In this document: positions 1-13,200 of the stretch, piece after piece
How the letters are laid out: each line of letters opens with the position of its first letter
Numbering within the stretch: the stretch's first letter is position 1
Assembly (NCBI GenBank): GCA_903813345.2
Contig: CAIIXF020000001.1
Span: 5,022,001-5,086,000 of the forward strand
Direction: 5' to 3'
Length of the DNA stretch: 64,000 nucleotides
DNA from: Owenia fusiformis
Lineage: Eukaryota
Program-made: the position numbers and the translations under genes
Notes under the pieces: generated by a model
What the model was told of the DNA's origin: nothing
Seen by the model: the letters and a program-made list of their open reading frames with translations, nothing else
Databases searched by the model: none

Positions 1-1598
1 ATACCCACTAATTATACCCTTGCACACAAGGCAACACTACAATACGATCTCTATCGCAAAATGTTGATTCCAGAGGAATGTTATTGACTTGGAATTAAAC
101 TCAGTACAATAAATAAATTAAGGGAATGTTGACTTCAAATCATTCACGAATAAATTACAATTGCCTCCAGTATAAAAAATATGAATATTTTGTGACTTTA
201 TTTGGCATGAGACAGATCGGGTAAATCTTGTAAAAGATTCTCAAAATCTTCTAAAAAGGATCCACCATGAAACAGAATGAGATGTTAAGTATCTAACGCC
301 CTCTGCTCAACAAAGACCATATATGACCATATAAGGTGATCGACAAAGACCATATATGACCATATATAGAGGTTAATTTACTCCCGGTACAAATCTCATA
401 ATTAACCAAGAGTTACACCAGGGACCGAGAATTCCTACGATCAAAAAGTTATTCTGATAAATCTTATAGATTCCAAAAAAACTTACGATTGTACGAATTA
501 AAGTATATCCAGATCAATAAATCTGAAATCTTTTAGAATTGGAATAACACAAATTCGTGGCCCCAGGGGTGTTAGCTCTCATTTAGTATCCTTTTGTCCG
601 ATGTTAGTAAGCTGGTAGTTGAGCGAAGTAGGCTTAATTATATTGCACCATTTACCTTTGGCTACCATGGAATCGGCATCTTGAACTTGAACAATAGATT
701 CAATCCAGACATAATAACGCATATGTCATAAAGGGTGTACAAAAGTATATCTTAACATAATGGAATGCACATTTGAAATGATCAGTACATCTCAAAGCAT
801 CACTGAGCTGGCGCACAGCCCCGGGAATTAATACGGCTTAATGGAACTAGTATAGTAGCATCCATATTTTAGGAACATGTGCGCCAAACTGTACATATTG
901 TACATATTATTGTACATATTGTACATAATGCATGTATTAAACTGTTTCATTAAACAGTTGAAACACCAATATTTATGCATTCTGACTGAGACAATGGCCT
1001 TAAATAATACATTTGTACACAGGTAAAATATCTGTTTGCTAATTTTGTACACTGGTAAATGTCTGCTATGTTTAACGCCATATTGTTTTACAAAAACAAC
1101 ACAACAACAATCAACCTGCCACCAAATATAATAATGATATAACGTATATTACAAATTTTATCAAACAATTGATTGTGTGGACCAATCAATACATGACTAT
1201 CTTACCCGATTTGATTAACTATATTTTATATTACTTTTAATCTCTCGTTTTGCTTTTTGGCTGAATCGTGGCCAGTTTAGCCTATTGCACTTTACTGTTG
1301 TAAATGTGAATCTTATAAATAAAACTGATAGTTTTACATAGTTTATCAGATATTTTCTATCATGTATATAGAGGCACTTACTGCTGTACTTAAGTCAGCA
1401 TTTTTATATATATAAGCCATCTTCAAAGTTTTGAAGGTGCAGCATTAAGATTGCTATGTAATTTCTGTTAAAAAATCTGTAGCACCTTATAAAACGTTGA
1501 CCTCATATCTTCAATACGTCACATGACGTGATAAATATACTATACTAATTCCCGACCCTTTGTCTGTGGTTCTCACAAACAATGTTTTCTCCAGAGGT

Positions 1599-1780
1599 TC
1601 AGTTCTGCTGTTGGAGAAGGGTTTCAAGTTCGTCCGCTGACCGATATAGGAAGGCTGCCGACTCTCTGTAACCTGCGATCAGTTGTTTTATTGTTGCGAT
1701 CTCACTTGAGTTTAACTGGGTTTTGGAGGACGCTTGTGATTTCTTTATGCTCAAATCTGTTGGACCAGACACTGGGAGTC
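1599..1780 (-). CDS. NOL4: NOL4-family terminal exon ([11 protein letters not shown]...[30 protein letters not shown])
   Basis: Matches the NOL4/NOL4L C-terminus ([23 protein letters not shown]) and PTDLS motif; ttctag| acceptor in phase 1; TGA at 1599-1601. Confidence 0.95.
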
Positions 1781-2029
1781 CTAGAATGGCACAGCGAATA
1801 CATTCATTATATTTCACTACATTACAAATGCATGCATTACATACCATAATATTTAAACATTTTAATATCTTGAATATACCCCATCTAATGATCAGAAATT
1901 GAAATAATTCTATATTCTATTTAGTGATCCAAAAGAAGTCACAATTCTTTTATTCAACCCATCTCGCGGTTTTGATAAAATGTGTGTAACAATATGGATG
2001 GAGAATTACTTGATAATCTTAAAAGCAAA

Positions 2030-2345
2030 ATCAGATCTATGTATACTGTATGGGGTGAAAAAATTGCAAGCAACGTGCACAATTGACCTATCAATCTATT
2101 CCTTACAAGCTCAAATACAATCTCCCGAAAGATTCACGATATGTTATAAATTGGTGAAGTTATTTACGATTCAAAATACAAAATTAGGTGAAAATGTTTA
2201 AATTCGCCCAAATAATAAAAATGGTAACCATGTTTATAGAAAAACAATAAATTTTTGTAAAAATCTAGTTTCCCTGAAATAAAGTATGCACGTTGAGAAT
2301 TTTTAGATAATAGACATGACAAGGAACGTCACAGCCAAAAATATT
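2030..2345. repeat. Inverted copy of the 34010-34345 dispersed repeat in the last NOL4 intron; a more decayed copy lies at ~27470-27615
   Basis: CTATTCCTTACAA..TCAAATACAAT..ATTCACGATATGTTATAAATTGGTGAAGTTAT aligns with the reverse complement of 34010-34345. Confidence 0.8.
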
Positions 2346-2548
2346 TTATTGGTGGATAGTATAGATGTCACTTTGGATTAGCTACGCACCAACCATGATT
2401 AAACCAATCCCAACAGACCATACCAATAAAGTAAATAAATAAACAAAGTATTATCACAAAATAAGACCATGTAAAATGCACAATTTCGTATGATTACATT
2501 ATCTTAAGACATCTTAATTTGGGTAATTGTTCAGGTTCGTAAGCTTAC

Positions 2549-2939
2549 CATTTTGTAGTTGTGTAGCAATAGTGGAGTGCTGCATGACGGGTGGGTGATG
2601 ATGTGCCTGGTGCTGAAAACCAGCTCCGGGGAAGCCGGGCCGGAACAACCCATTACCATTCGTAAGGAAAGGATTGTGTATTTCATGGGGAGGTCTGAAT
2701 GCTGTCGGTGCAGCCGCACCTGTGTGTCGCATGTAATCCGCTACACTAGCGACGCTTGTGACTGGCTGACGCTCTAGTGCGGGAGGCTGATGAGATACGG
2801 GTGGCTGCGGTTGATGCGAGACTAGTACGGGAGATTGGTGCGATGAAGGCTGGGGAACTGGAGGCTGTGTCTTTGCTGGTTTTTCCGGTGTCTGTGATGG
2901 CTGGACAGCACCTGTGGACGGTAGACCCATTGCACTGGC
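2549..2939 (-). CDS. NOL4: NOL4-family exon 9 (ASAMGLPSTG...Pro/Gln/His-rich...TQLQN)
   Basis: GC-rich coding-like ORF; aaatag| acceptor in phase 0, G|gtaagc donor in phase 1; 391 nt. Confidence 0.85.
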
Positions 2940-5651
2940 CTATTTAAAGGAATAGAAATACATCAGCTATTTTAAAGACGACGAACTGAGGGACTGATTG
3001 AGAAACACTAAAACTAGGTACGTATTAAACAGAGATACACCAAAAGAAGTCAAACACACACGATAAAATAGTGAAAGTCATTGGTACATACATACAAAAG
3101 GCATGAAAACTGAATGAAAGTATCAGAAAATCAAATCAAACAGGTGATGTTCAACTAGAAAAAGAAGTGAACAATTCCAAACTCCTACTACTTGGTCTTT
3201 TCTTTCATGTTAAACTACAACAGTTTGAAGTATGTTGATTTTGCATGCATCATGATCAAATGCACCACTGAGAAATACATGTGAATATATCTGTGTTGAA
3301 ATATATAAATAAAGATGTGTGGTTAACTGTATATGTAGACTATTTCAATTACCCCAATAACGATTTACTAACACGTTCTCTTTCCATATAACTTTCAAGG
3401 TAATTGTGACTTTTATCATATACCGGAACTTCACATCCATTATACATAGAATTCTGATTGTGATGAAGACCCATATAATGTCTCATTGCATTGTCCTATG
3501 GCATTCATATCTAGTCGTATCTATTACATGACACATATTGAAAACTCATCATACCAAGAGAACGTAATATTTCAACAATGATGATGGTGCTAAACTACCC
3601 TATGTAAACAGATCGGACAAAATTAAGAATCTGTGAGCAAATATGCGACAAAAATCTTTCGGATTTCAAAATGTCAGAGGAAAGGTACGTTTGTTTTTTT
3701 ACTTTTGTTTTTTGCAAAAGTGTTATGTCATATGCTATTGCTATTGATATTCGATTGAGTATTTTGTTCAAAATTGTATCAGGAAAACACCCGAAATGAG
3801 TTGATAAATCCAAAAAATCGCCTACAAATTCGACGCTTTTCAAATTTTTCTGTTGTTACTAAATGATTATTTTGAATTATACAAACTCAATTTTATTCTG
3901 AATGATGCTAATTTATCACTCCCTTACATGCTTACTTATGATTGATTATTTGAATCGACCTGCCATCTTTATAAAATATGTGAGAGATTATGTCATGCGC
4001 AATGGAGCAGTTAGCAAATTTTTAATTCAACAAGTCCTCCCAACCTAGCACTATCTATTAAAAATAAGTTGAACAAAAGGGGCGGTTATTTGATTATTAA
4101 AATAAATGGTTGATATAATGAGAGTATTTATCCCTTTTACTTAACATGTTTTAGCCCAAACTATTGATGTTTGGTTATATTCTTGTAAAGATCCGCTTCA
4201 ACCTAAGCACAGCTAAAGGGTATGCAGTAAAGCCTGTTATCCGAACACCTCACTATTCTGAATAACTCTTAATATAATGTGAACACTTTTTGAGATTCCA
4301 TTTTATTTGCTATAGACTCCCTTGTTAAAAAACGTAGTTGAAATGTGAGTGACTGCCAATCTAAACACGTTTGTCAGGTCCCGAGGCCAATTTGTTAAAT
4401 GTGTTCTGGTAATTCCAGTAATTAGGTCAATTCGGTTAAGCACGTGGTAAGTTCAGGTTTACAACCATCAGTCCCGAGACTTTCAGAAGGTGTCAGGTGA
4501 TGTAGGTTCGAACCTAAGGTGAACCTTAAAGTGATACCCATAATCTGACGGTTACCTAAACGGACCTACAAAAAGTATACCTTATACCATCTGGAACGTT
4601 AATGTTTACTTCAGGCGTGAGGCATAAAGTAAATCAAAAAAACTATAGCGGAATTAAAATCTTAGAAATATTTAGAGAATTACCTAAAGCGAACCTAAAA
4701 ATCTTACAACCTGAAGCAATATATATAATGGAATTACCGAGAGCGACCTCGAAAACTTTTCATGTCATTTTCACCGAGTATCAGAAGCGTACTCTATATA
4801 CCATTCATAACACTAAATATTAATGCAGATAGATATTGCTTTGGAACACATTTATATTTTCAAATGCAGTACCTTATCACTCGCATGCTAAGCTGTATAG
4901 TGTACAAGCACAAAAAGATCTACTCAGGTTTTAATAACAAAACTTTTAGTAAATAACGGTTACAATACATTTGAGAAAGAAAGGTTATTGCATCTTTGCT
5001 CACAGATTCTTAATTTTGGCGGATCTTTTCACATAGGGTATAAACTGATGTGAATATGAACGTTTTTGTTTGTAACAACTTATGAAAAATGGGTAAAAAG
5101 TAATGGAGTATGCGAAATTTGCACATTACAAGTAAATGACACCGTACATATCTAGATCTATGATGCCATTCTATTGTAGTACCACATCATTTTGAAATGT
5201 TTTTTGTCAACGTTTATAAACCAATGACTGTTTAATTTGGACAATTTTTACTTGTTGTATAATCATGTGTGACATGTAATGTGGCAATCGTTTGGTGGGA
5301 TAATTATGTCAGAAAAATCATTTTTAGCGTTGCACTGCATTTTCAAATCTTTGTGTTCGCAGGCACTCTGGATAACACTACCAATACCACTGGGTTAAGG
5401 ATTTATCTCACAAAACAACATCAAATAAGTGATAAAACAAAAATTGTTCTACTACAGGTTAGAGCAAAAGGTCCACGACATAGATATAGTGTGTAGTATA
5501 GTGTGTAGAACAAGTAAAATCAGCATATTCTGTACATAGTGATGTGATATAATAATGTTATTCGTCTTAGTAGATGTGTGTACACCTTTCGCTTAAACCG
5601 ACCCCTCACCAATACATGCAATCTAAAATATTCTTCTATCTATGGTTTTAC

Positions 5652-5768
5652 CGGCAAAGGGTCTAAGCCCATCCTCATGCGCTTTGCATTGTTGGTTTCA
5701 TTTTCACAGGCCTGTGCTAATAGTTGTTCTGCAGCTGCAGACGTAAGATGTGGAGGGGTCGGTCGGAG
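5652..5768 (-). CDS. NOL4: NOL4-family exon 8b ([39 protein letters not shown])
   Basis: Matches the NOL4 motif [22 protein letters not shown]; ttttcag| acceptor, CCG|gtaaaa donor, 117 nt, phase 0/0. Confidence 0.9.
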
Positions 5769-5836
5769 CTGAAAATCAGAGATGATAGTCAAGCAACAAT
5801 AGATCACAAGAGCACTACAATAGTACATTCAGTTAC

Positions 5837-5944
5837 CGGTAGGGGTTCCAGTCCCATACGCATGCGTTTAGCGTTGTTTGCCTCGTTTTCGCATGACTGT
5901 GCAAGTATCTGTTCTGCTATTGGTGAAGATAGGTGTGACGAAAG
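5837..5944 (-). CDS. NOL4: NOL4-family exon 8a ([36 protein letters not shown])
   Basis: ttttcag| acceptor, CCG|gtaact donor, 108 nt open in phase 0/0; paralogous to exon 8b. Not in the ORF track. Confidence 0.85.
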
Positions 5945-6475
5945 CTGAAAACCGAACAGTTAAAATTGGTGTCATCTGTTATCTGATATATGTTTGTAAT
6001 TAAATTGATAATACCACTGACATGTAGTATAGTATATATCACCAAACGGGGAGATCGATTCATTTGCCTTACCGAGCCAAGACCTACAGTGTATGAGTGA
6101 TTTGAAATGTTAATCGATTCGAGACGATTCTATAAAATATGCACTGGTATATACATGCATTTCATTTCTGCTTTTCTGTATGATAAAATCATGACTAGCA
6201 CTTAATGGATTATAAAGGATTAGATCAGTTCCGGCAGAACAATGAAATTATCATCTTACATTTCTGTATCGTGCAAACTGTAAACCATCTCAATATCAAT
6301 TTGTTCCCTGTATTTCGAGAAAGAGTTTTATGGTATTCAAATATGAGTGACAACATGCAGATTTAATTACTGATATTAAAAATGATCTTTAGAAACGTTT
6401 GCCAATGTTTCATTCAAACTTTAACAAATCGAAAATTGAACGCAACATTAAACCTTCCATGTGTGACCTTCTTAC

Positions 6476-6676
6476 CGGTTCCCAGCCATTTTCTTTAGAC
6501 CTTCTCATTCGCCTACAGGACTTCAGGTATGTCCTTATCCTTTTCCTGGAACGTCCATGGAATTCTGGGAATTGTCTGTCACAGGCCTCCAATATAGCCT
6601 GGATTTTATCTTTAGGTTGTTTTGATATGGGAACTGTTCTATCTAAGTTTTCGTCAACAAACAATCTGCAGAACAT
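6476..6676 (-). CDS. NOL4: NOL4-family exon 7 ([28 protein letters not shown]...[14 protein letters not shown]...WEP)
   Basis: Most conserved NOL4 domain; tttcag| acceptor, |gtaag donor, 201 nt, phase 0/0. Confidence 0.96.
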
Positions 6677-7299
6677 CTGAAATAAACATGAACTAATTTA
6701 TAAAATCATTAATAATGTGTTTATTTAATTGTCTCTTAGTGTGCATTAAAACCACAGTAACACTTAATGTAATGACAATTGTCCCTTACAGTGAACGGTC
6801 GAAGTTCTTTTAAATAAACATGCTTTTGTGGCTTCTACATATTTTGATCTAGGTGTCTATGGTCGATATGATTGTTGAATAGGTTTGCGCATAGAACTCT
6901 GTTGAAGATTTGTTTTATGGGTTTGTTAGCATATTATGTATTACGAATATTGGCCCTTTGACCATTCATACTGAAAGCCACGCCTTGTACAAGTTACATG
7001 TATGGTGGAACATGACTTATCTACAACAGAATAAATGGGACATTGAAGGATGATATGAATATTTTTGAAGTATTGGGCATGTCCTTTATCTAGATTTGTT
7101 AGCTTTGTATACCAAAAAATGAGCAGGATTTTGATTTTGATTTGACCTGAGAAATGTAGTTATATTAAACTCTATTGGTTGTTTAGCATTATAGTCACAG
7201 AACGTTGTTGTGATTGGCTCAAAAAGATATTGTTCCTAAAGTGTTGTTTGTATTTGTTTAACTCGTATTACTCGTGTTGTGTTTTCTTATTTGACTTAC

Positions 7300-7425
7300 A
7301 TTAAAAGCTTTAAGTCTCTCTGGATCATGCTCAATTGATGTTTTTTCTTCTGATTCGTCGTCGTCATCATCATCGTCATCTTTACCATTGTCATCGGCTG
7401 CACCATCACTTGCCTTTGTGGAACT
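7300..7425 (-). CDS. NOL4: NOL4-family exon 6 (SSTKASDG...poly-Asp...DPERLKAFN)
   Basis: Acidic run followed by ERLKAFN, which precedes [12 protein letters not shown] in NOL4 proteins; gtttcag| acceptor, |gtaagt donor, 126 nt. Not in the ORF track. Confidence 0.93.
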
Positions 7426-9037
7426 CTGAAACACATTGATGAATATCAGGTTTAACAGTTTAAAGAGTTATTTAAAGAGATGATCATCTAAACTAGAAAT
7501 ACAAATCATTAGTGATTTGACAGACCCTTTATGTATAGGCATATCTAGCTAGAGTTGTCTTTGACTAAATATTGGTATATGTTTTCTAGATAGTAAGACG
7601 TAACATTTAAAAAAAATTCACTTGCGAATAAATTTAAAATTTGCCTTGAAATTTTTTTAATGATTTATTGTTAATAACGATGTAAATTCCTTAATGTGGG
7701 AATCATGCTTCTTGGAATTTATTTTTGATACTCGGTTTAATAGTAGACATAATCCCCCTGGTAGAGCATAAAACTGAAATGGTTATTGTGATAATTATAC
7801 CGTGATCGAACACACTTCGATACAACGTATATATAAATGTATGTCAATCTTATAGATTAAGATATTGATCAACTGTAAAGCTTCAATGTCAGATCAAATT
7901 AAGTTTAATAGAATGTCATACTTCAATATCTCAATTTGATATAATTGGACGTAAAAAAGCAAAAGGATTACCCCAGTCTAACTTTAGGCCTTGATTAATC
8001 AAAAACATGTTTGTTGCATAACAAAACATTGCCTGAGCATTTTTTTCATTCTTATTAAAGAACATAGTTAGTTTATAGATGTGAGGTTGATTTTAGGAAA
8101 TTAATGTCAGCGGAATTGGTCAATTGATCAGCCGACTAGCTTACTTATAAAGTAGAACATTTCACAAAATGCATATATTAATAGAACACGATTGAACGAA
8201 TAGGCAACCATCAAGGAAGAATGCCTCCCAGGGTTCCAACCCTATAATCTGCCATATATAAAGTCGTGTCGTTTTTACAAGATTCAAAATCAAATAGCCG
8301 CCATTTTTTGTTCAGAATCTGAATCGCGTGTTTTGGTCTTATTTCCGAAAACACATTTAAGGAGTGATCAAGACATTAGTTCAGATCTTTTGGATCACTG
8401 ATTATGGATTTATAGACCAGTTATAATGTCAGAAAATAACAACATTTTCAATCTTGTCGTCGATCAACGTCAAGATGAAATATCGAGTTGGAACCCTGGG
8501 AGCCAATACTCCTTGGGCAACTATTACGTACTGTCGTGATTTCCATATGATCGCCGTCTTCCAAGGGGATTTGCAGAATCGAGTATTTAATATAACGGAG
8601 TTCTTTATTTGGCTTCCGTGTTTCAATCTATAGATCATTTTGATAGAAATATAAGTATTAAACAAAGACCGATTTTGATTCTGATTTCCATAATGTCGAG
8701 CTTAAAACCATCGGAGTAAAACGATCTCAATCAAACTGTCAAACGAATAAAATGCTAATTCAATATTTTACCTATTGGATAAGCTGTTCCTTGCGTGCTT
8801 AGAGTGGGATGGGTAGTGAAGGTATTGTTCAGCTGTCAAATATGTAGATATGATATAAAAACATAAAACAACCATACTACTAAGCATGGATCAAAAACCA
8901 ATTTCATTATAAAAAGCCGCCATTTAACGCTCACAACATGACGGTAGATGAAAACCAATGTTGCGCTCTTTTATCAAAGTTTTCTGACTCAGGGTATAAT
9001 ATATACATAATTGTATATGTATTAATTTAAAAGTTAC

Positions 9038-9122
9038 TACCCTTTGCATTTGTCCGAGTTCCCTTCTTAAAAGAGAGCCTCGTCTTCATCTTGGTTTCTA
9101 ACCAGACTCTTCGAGCATGGTA
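9038..9122. mobile_element. 85-bp mini-element with 9-bp TSD, same family as 32730-32802
   Basis: AAAAGTTAC|TACCCTTTGCATT...CTTCTTAAAAGAGA..CGTCTTCA..AGACTCT..GCATGGTA|AAAAGTGAC. Confidence 0.85.
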
Positions 9123-10012
9123 AAAAGTGACATAAAACGTGATGGATAGTACGTCGTATAAAACAAAACTAAGATTCATTTTTATCAAAGTGCTATGATT
9201 ACGAGTATATCACCAATTATTATAGTGATCATGGTCTATATAGTATATATAACTAGTTTACCTCCTTTGTCCCCATTATGGTTCATATCAGTGGACTGCT
9301 TGTCTATTTAGAATGACATCTGAATGATATATCATAAATTGTTTACTTAATTAAACCCAGTTTGTAATTCAAACAGGGCTCTATGGCATGAATGTAATTT
9401 CCATAGACATTGTCAGCCATTTTGTTGGAATATTTGTACAGTTGTAGTTAGAGGTATCTTAGGTATATTATTCTCATTAAAACGTTCCACGTCAACACTA
9501 TAAACCAACTCACTAATAAAGGAAATTTCTCAAGCACGAGATCTAATATCTCTCGTTCTGCCTATTGTCTGCCTGGTCATGGGAACAGGCAAGGCGGAAA
9601 GATACCAATATTACTATATCGTTTATGTATCGTATTAATGCGAAAACACCTCAATCTGAACAAAGCCATTGCATTTGCAATTGAAAAATTTACTTCAAAT
9701 AAAAAAGGTGCTTGCAAAATCAATAGAGAGCCATGTTGTCAGTTAATATTGAACAGTACGCTACGTAGATGGGAACATCGGCTGCCCGTATATCGACGAG
9801 GTTATATACCAACTCCCTACAGTCATCAAGGTTGTACAAAGCTGCATACGTCATTGGTATATTGAGCCAGAATATATCATTAGTTGTTTAACAAAGCATG
9901 GCTAAACAATTATTTTATTTACACCTATCCATGTACCTGTTAAAGGTGTAACGCACTCATTTTTTTCAATGGATTTCAGCAATTCAAAGCACATAATGAT
10001 AATGATATTTAC

Positions 10013-10284
10013 CCCAACGCTGATTTCATCACTAGCCCTTCGTTTCCTCTCTGGGTGACCCTTGTCGATTTTGGTTTGTTCCAAATCAGTCGGGGTGAAT
10101 CTTGGGCTTGGACTGCTTCCTATCTGTGTTGGAACAAGCTTTTCGGCAACGGCTGGTTCTGTTAGACCGTTGGCTACCATTGTAGGAGCTTTTACTGAGA
10201 GTGGAAAGGAGGTCACTGCAGTTTCTGTCTTCAAGTTTACGGGGCTATCGGTCCTACTGTTATTGTTCAAAGACTTCTCTCCTT
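10013..10284 (-). CDS. NOL4: NOL4-family exon 5 (EGEKSLNNNSRTDSPVNLK...RKRRASDEISVG)
   Basis: atttcag| acceptor in phase 1 reads into the long ORF 9902..10294; |gtaaat donor in phase 0; contains a basic RKRR stretch. Confidence 0.8.
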
Positions 10285-13200
10285 CTGAAATCATAAGATA
10301 AATGCAAAGATTGTCAGTATTGACTAGTAGTAGGGAAAAGTAGGTTACCGATCACTGTTTCACATTTTCACGAGGTCGACTTGGTTTACAGTTGCAATTA
10401 AACCTGAACCTATATGCTGATGAATAGCCTAGATATGAATCCCGTTAATATGGAATTGCTTTTTACACAGCCATATTGTAGTTTAGTGTATATGGATCGC
10501 GACCTGTTGCGCCTAGTATATCTAACAATGCATCTCCATCCTCGGATCATGCAGCGCCTTGACATTGACTCTTGACATCAACAATTTATCACCGCGTGTG
10601 CGCAATGACACAGTTTCTAATAAATGATCGGCATTCTTTTAAAAAATGGACCAGTAACTTAACAATGCTATGTTATCTTATAAACATAGAAGTAGCTGTA
10701 TATCCAATAGGCATTAACCAGAATTGATACGATAAATTTAATATGCTTCGAGTCTTGATTTCCCAGATTAACAAACGATCTTAATCAATCCAGATCAGCG
10801 TTCCTTTCCTACCTTCCATCAATATCCGTTCTATGTTATACATCGGTGAAAAAAACTTTCTAAAAATTCTAGATTCAATCAACTAACTGTAAATTATTTT
10901 ATTGGGAACGAGAAGTTGATGTAATGATGTTCTGCCTTCTCTTCAGTTGATCATTTCCTCATAATGTCTCGACTCCAGCATAGAGATATTAGTTGTGACC
11001 TTTATTGATTTTTTTACCGTACCCATTCAGTTGAAGATTTCTCTTCAATATACGACTGTTTGATTGTCTTATCGCTTGAGAGATTAAGCTTTTACCACAT
11101 TGAGATAAATTATAGCCGCTTTGTCGATCGGCAGCAAACCACGCAAAGTGATATCCTACACCAATCCATATTGTCTGCTCTGTTTATTCAGTGGGACCAT
11201 TTATTAAAGGGTATATATGCTTCAGTGAGCAGTGACTTGTTGCTATGTGTGTCACAACAAACGGACAAATTGGACACTGCTTTGTGTATTGTTGTGTTAT
11301 TGTTAAAAAGTTTAAGTTATACGTATCTGGGAGGACGTACGTAAATGTGTAATCTTATGATCCCCAGGGGTTATTGTCACCTTTTCAATATATTAGTTTG
11401 CACAGGGACGTGATTACAAAAATTATTTTCTTTTTCGAGTGAGTAACGGTCAAGAAAAGCAAAATCATCCCCCGAGGAGCCAACATTTTTATACGTTAAC
11501 GTTCTTCAAAACGTAACGTAACTTCTCTACTGACTCAGGTGTGACGCCAATGTGCACTGTCCATTTGAACATTTGACTCTACCGATCTTCACGTCTCTTT
11601 GTTAGTTTCACACATTTACAGTTGCATTGATCGACAACTCGTGTATTTTCATGGAATATGGTTATACCAATTATGGAAAAATATCATCTCCAACGATTAA
11701 GAATGCTAAACATCCTGTTATCAGCTTGCTTGATCAATACTCTAGCAATGATTGCTTTATAACTTTGAATTTTACCCTCCATTGGCATTAACTTACCCAT
11801 CCAAGCGTGACTCGACCATTTTAACGACGTAAGGTAAATTAAACAATTGTTGACTAACGATTTTTTCAAATAGTTTATTTTATCATAAATCATATAACAT
11901 CGGTGTTCATAGTCTATTGAGGTTGATATATTTTGAGACATCGCGATTCACGTATATGTTTTACTTATTTCGAATAATTATGATACCCTTATTTTTAAAA
12001 CGTATATTTTAAAGAATCTTCTAACGATAAAATCAATTTCGCAATTGTTATAGCTAGTGGAACACAAGTATCCCACATGTAGTTAAGCTCACCCGTCGAC
12101 TAGGGATCGGACTGACGATGCAATAAATAAAAAGTATACACTGCACAAATAGGTAAACTGTCCAATTAAACAATGGGACTAACTATTTTGATGTGATTAT
12201 ATCCAATCTGTTTTAGGGATTGAATTGTAGGAACAATAGCACGATACATTTTCCTGTCAGTGTTATTAAAGTCTAAGATACAGTTTCTTGACAACTATAC
12301 CTCATTTTACAACGCAGCACCCTGTATTTAGAAGTACTTGGTACTAACTTGGTACTTACTGGGTGAAATAATTGGAGTTTGGAAGGCACTTGAATCCAGC
12401 ATTGTCCATATTTCATCAATAAAGCTATACTAAAAATTACACATTGTCTGTGTTATTGCTGATGTCGGTTTACAATAGTCAAATCTACTATACTTGTATC
12501 TAGCTAGCTATACTATAGACCACAATGCAGCTGGATAACGTAAGACATTTGTGTACTAGGAAAATGATCGATCCGTCAGATCAACCTTGTTAAGAGTATT
12601 ACCTGTCTCCCATTCCCTTCTGAATGGGGAATCACCCCAAAAGAGGAACACTAAGCAAAAAAAGATATTCAATTTCAACAAAAAGTTTAAACAAAGTGCT
12701 AAATGCTAATCATATGTCAAAATAGGATGAAAAAGTATCTAACGAGTCCAAGTGGGATAGTAACAAGGCGAGCCTCCATTCACCATGAATCATCTTCGGC
12801 CATCGTTGCTCGGTGCTCGGTGCTCTTCCATTGAAATTCGACTGCTGATATAACACAACAATATTCAAAAAGATCCTGTCCGTGTAAATCAATAATGAAC
12901 ATAAACTAATAAAGTCATCCCTTGAAATTAAAGTGAAAACGAGCGGCCTACTTGATTATGTTCATTGTTGGCATTTTACCACATGCCGCAGTTCTTTACA
13001 CCGGGCCTTTCTTGGGATGATCTGTTGCTGCTTTATATAATCAATTGACTCCAATTTGACAAAGTAAATATACAACAATGAGTCACAAACCTCTTTCGAA
13101 TCAGTATTATTCGATGGGATTTGGAAAGATATGTATGTTGCAATGAACATCACCCTCCTTCACATTTGTACCATTTTCAAGACAGAAAAATTGATATCTG

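Noticed and set aside
418-567. Possible short MITE with CCAGGGACCGAGAATT / AATTCGTGGCCCCAGG ends
   Set aside because: TIR match is loose and no TSD or second copy was found in the window
885-930. Four TGTACATA repeats resembling Pumilio elements in the NOL4 3' region
   Set aside because: The exact UGUAHAUA match is on the strand opposite the mRNA (the mRNA mostly reads UGUACAAU); may be simple low-complexity repetition
8772-9303. Exon-like segments in NOL4 intron 5 (9303-9262, 42 nt; 8832-8772, 61 nt) and an alternative exon-5 donor at 9936
   Set aside because: Splice sites are plausible, but no combination I could find restores the frame between exons 5 and 6, which already join directly in phase 0
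2559-10301. Plus-strand ORFs 2559..2777, 5578..5772, 5724..5948, 6399..6680 and 10062..10301
   Set aside because: Antisense shadows of NOL4 exons
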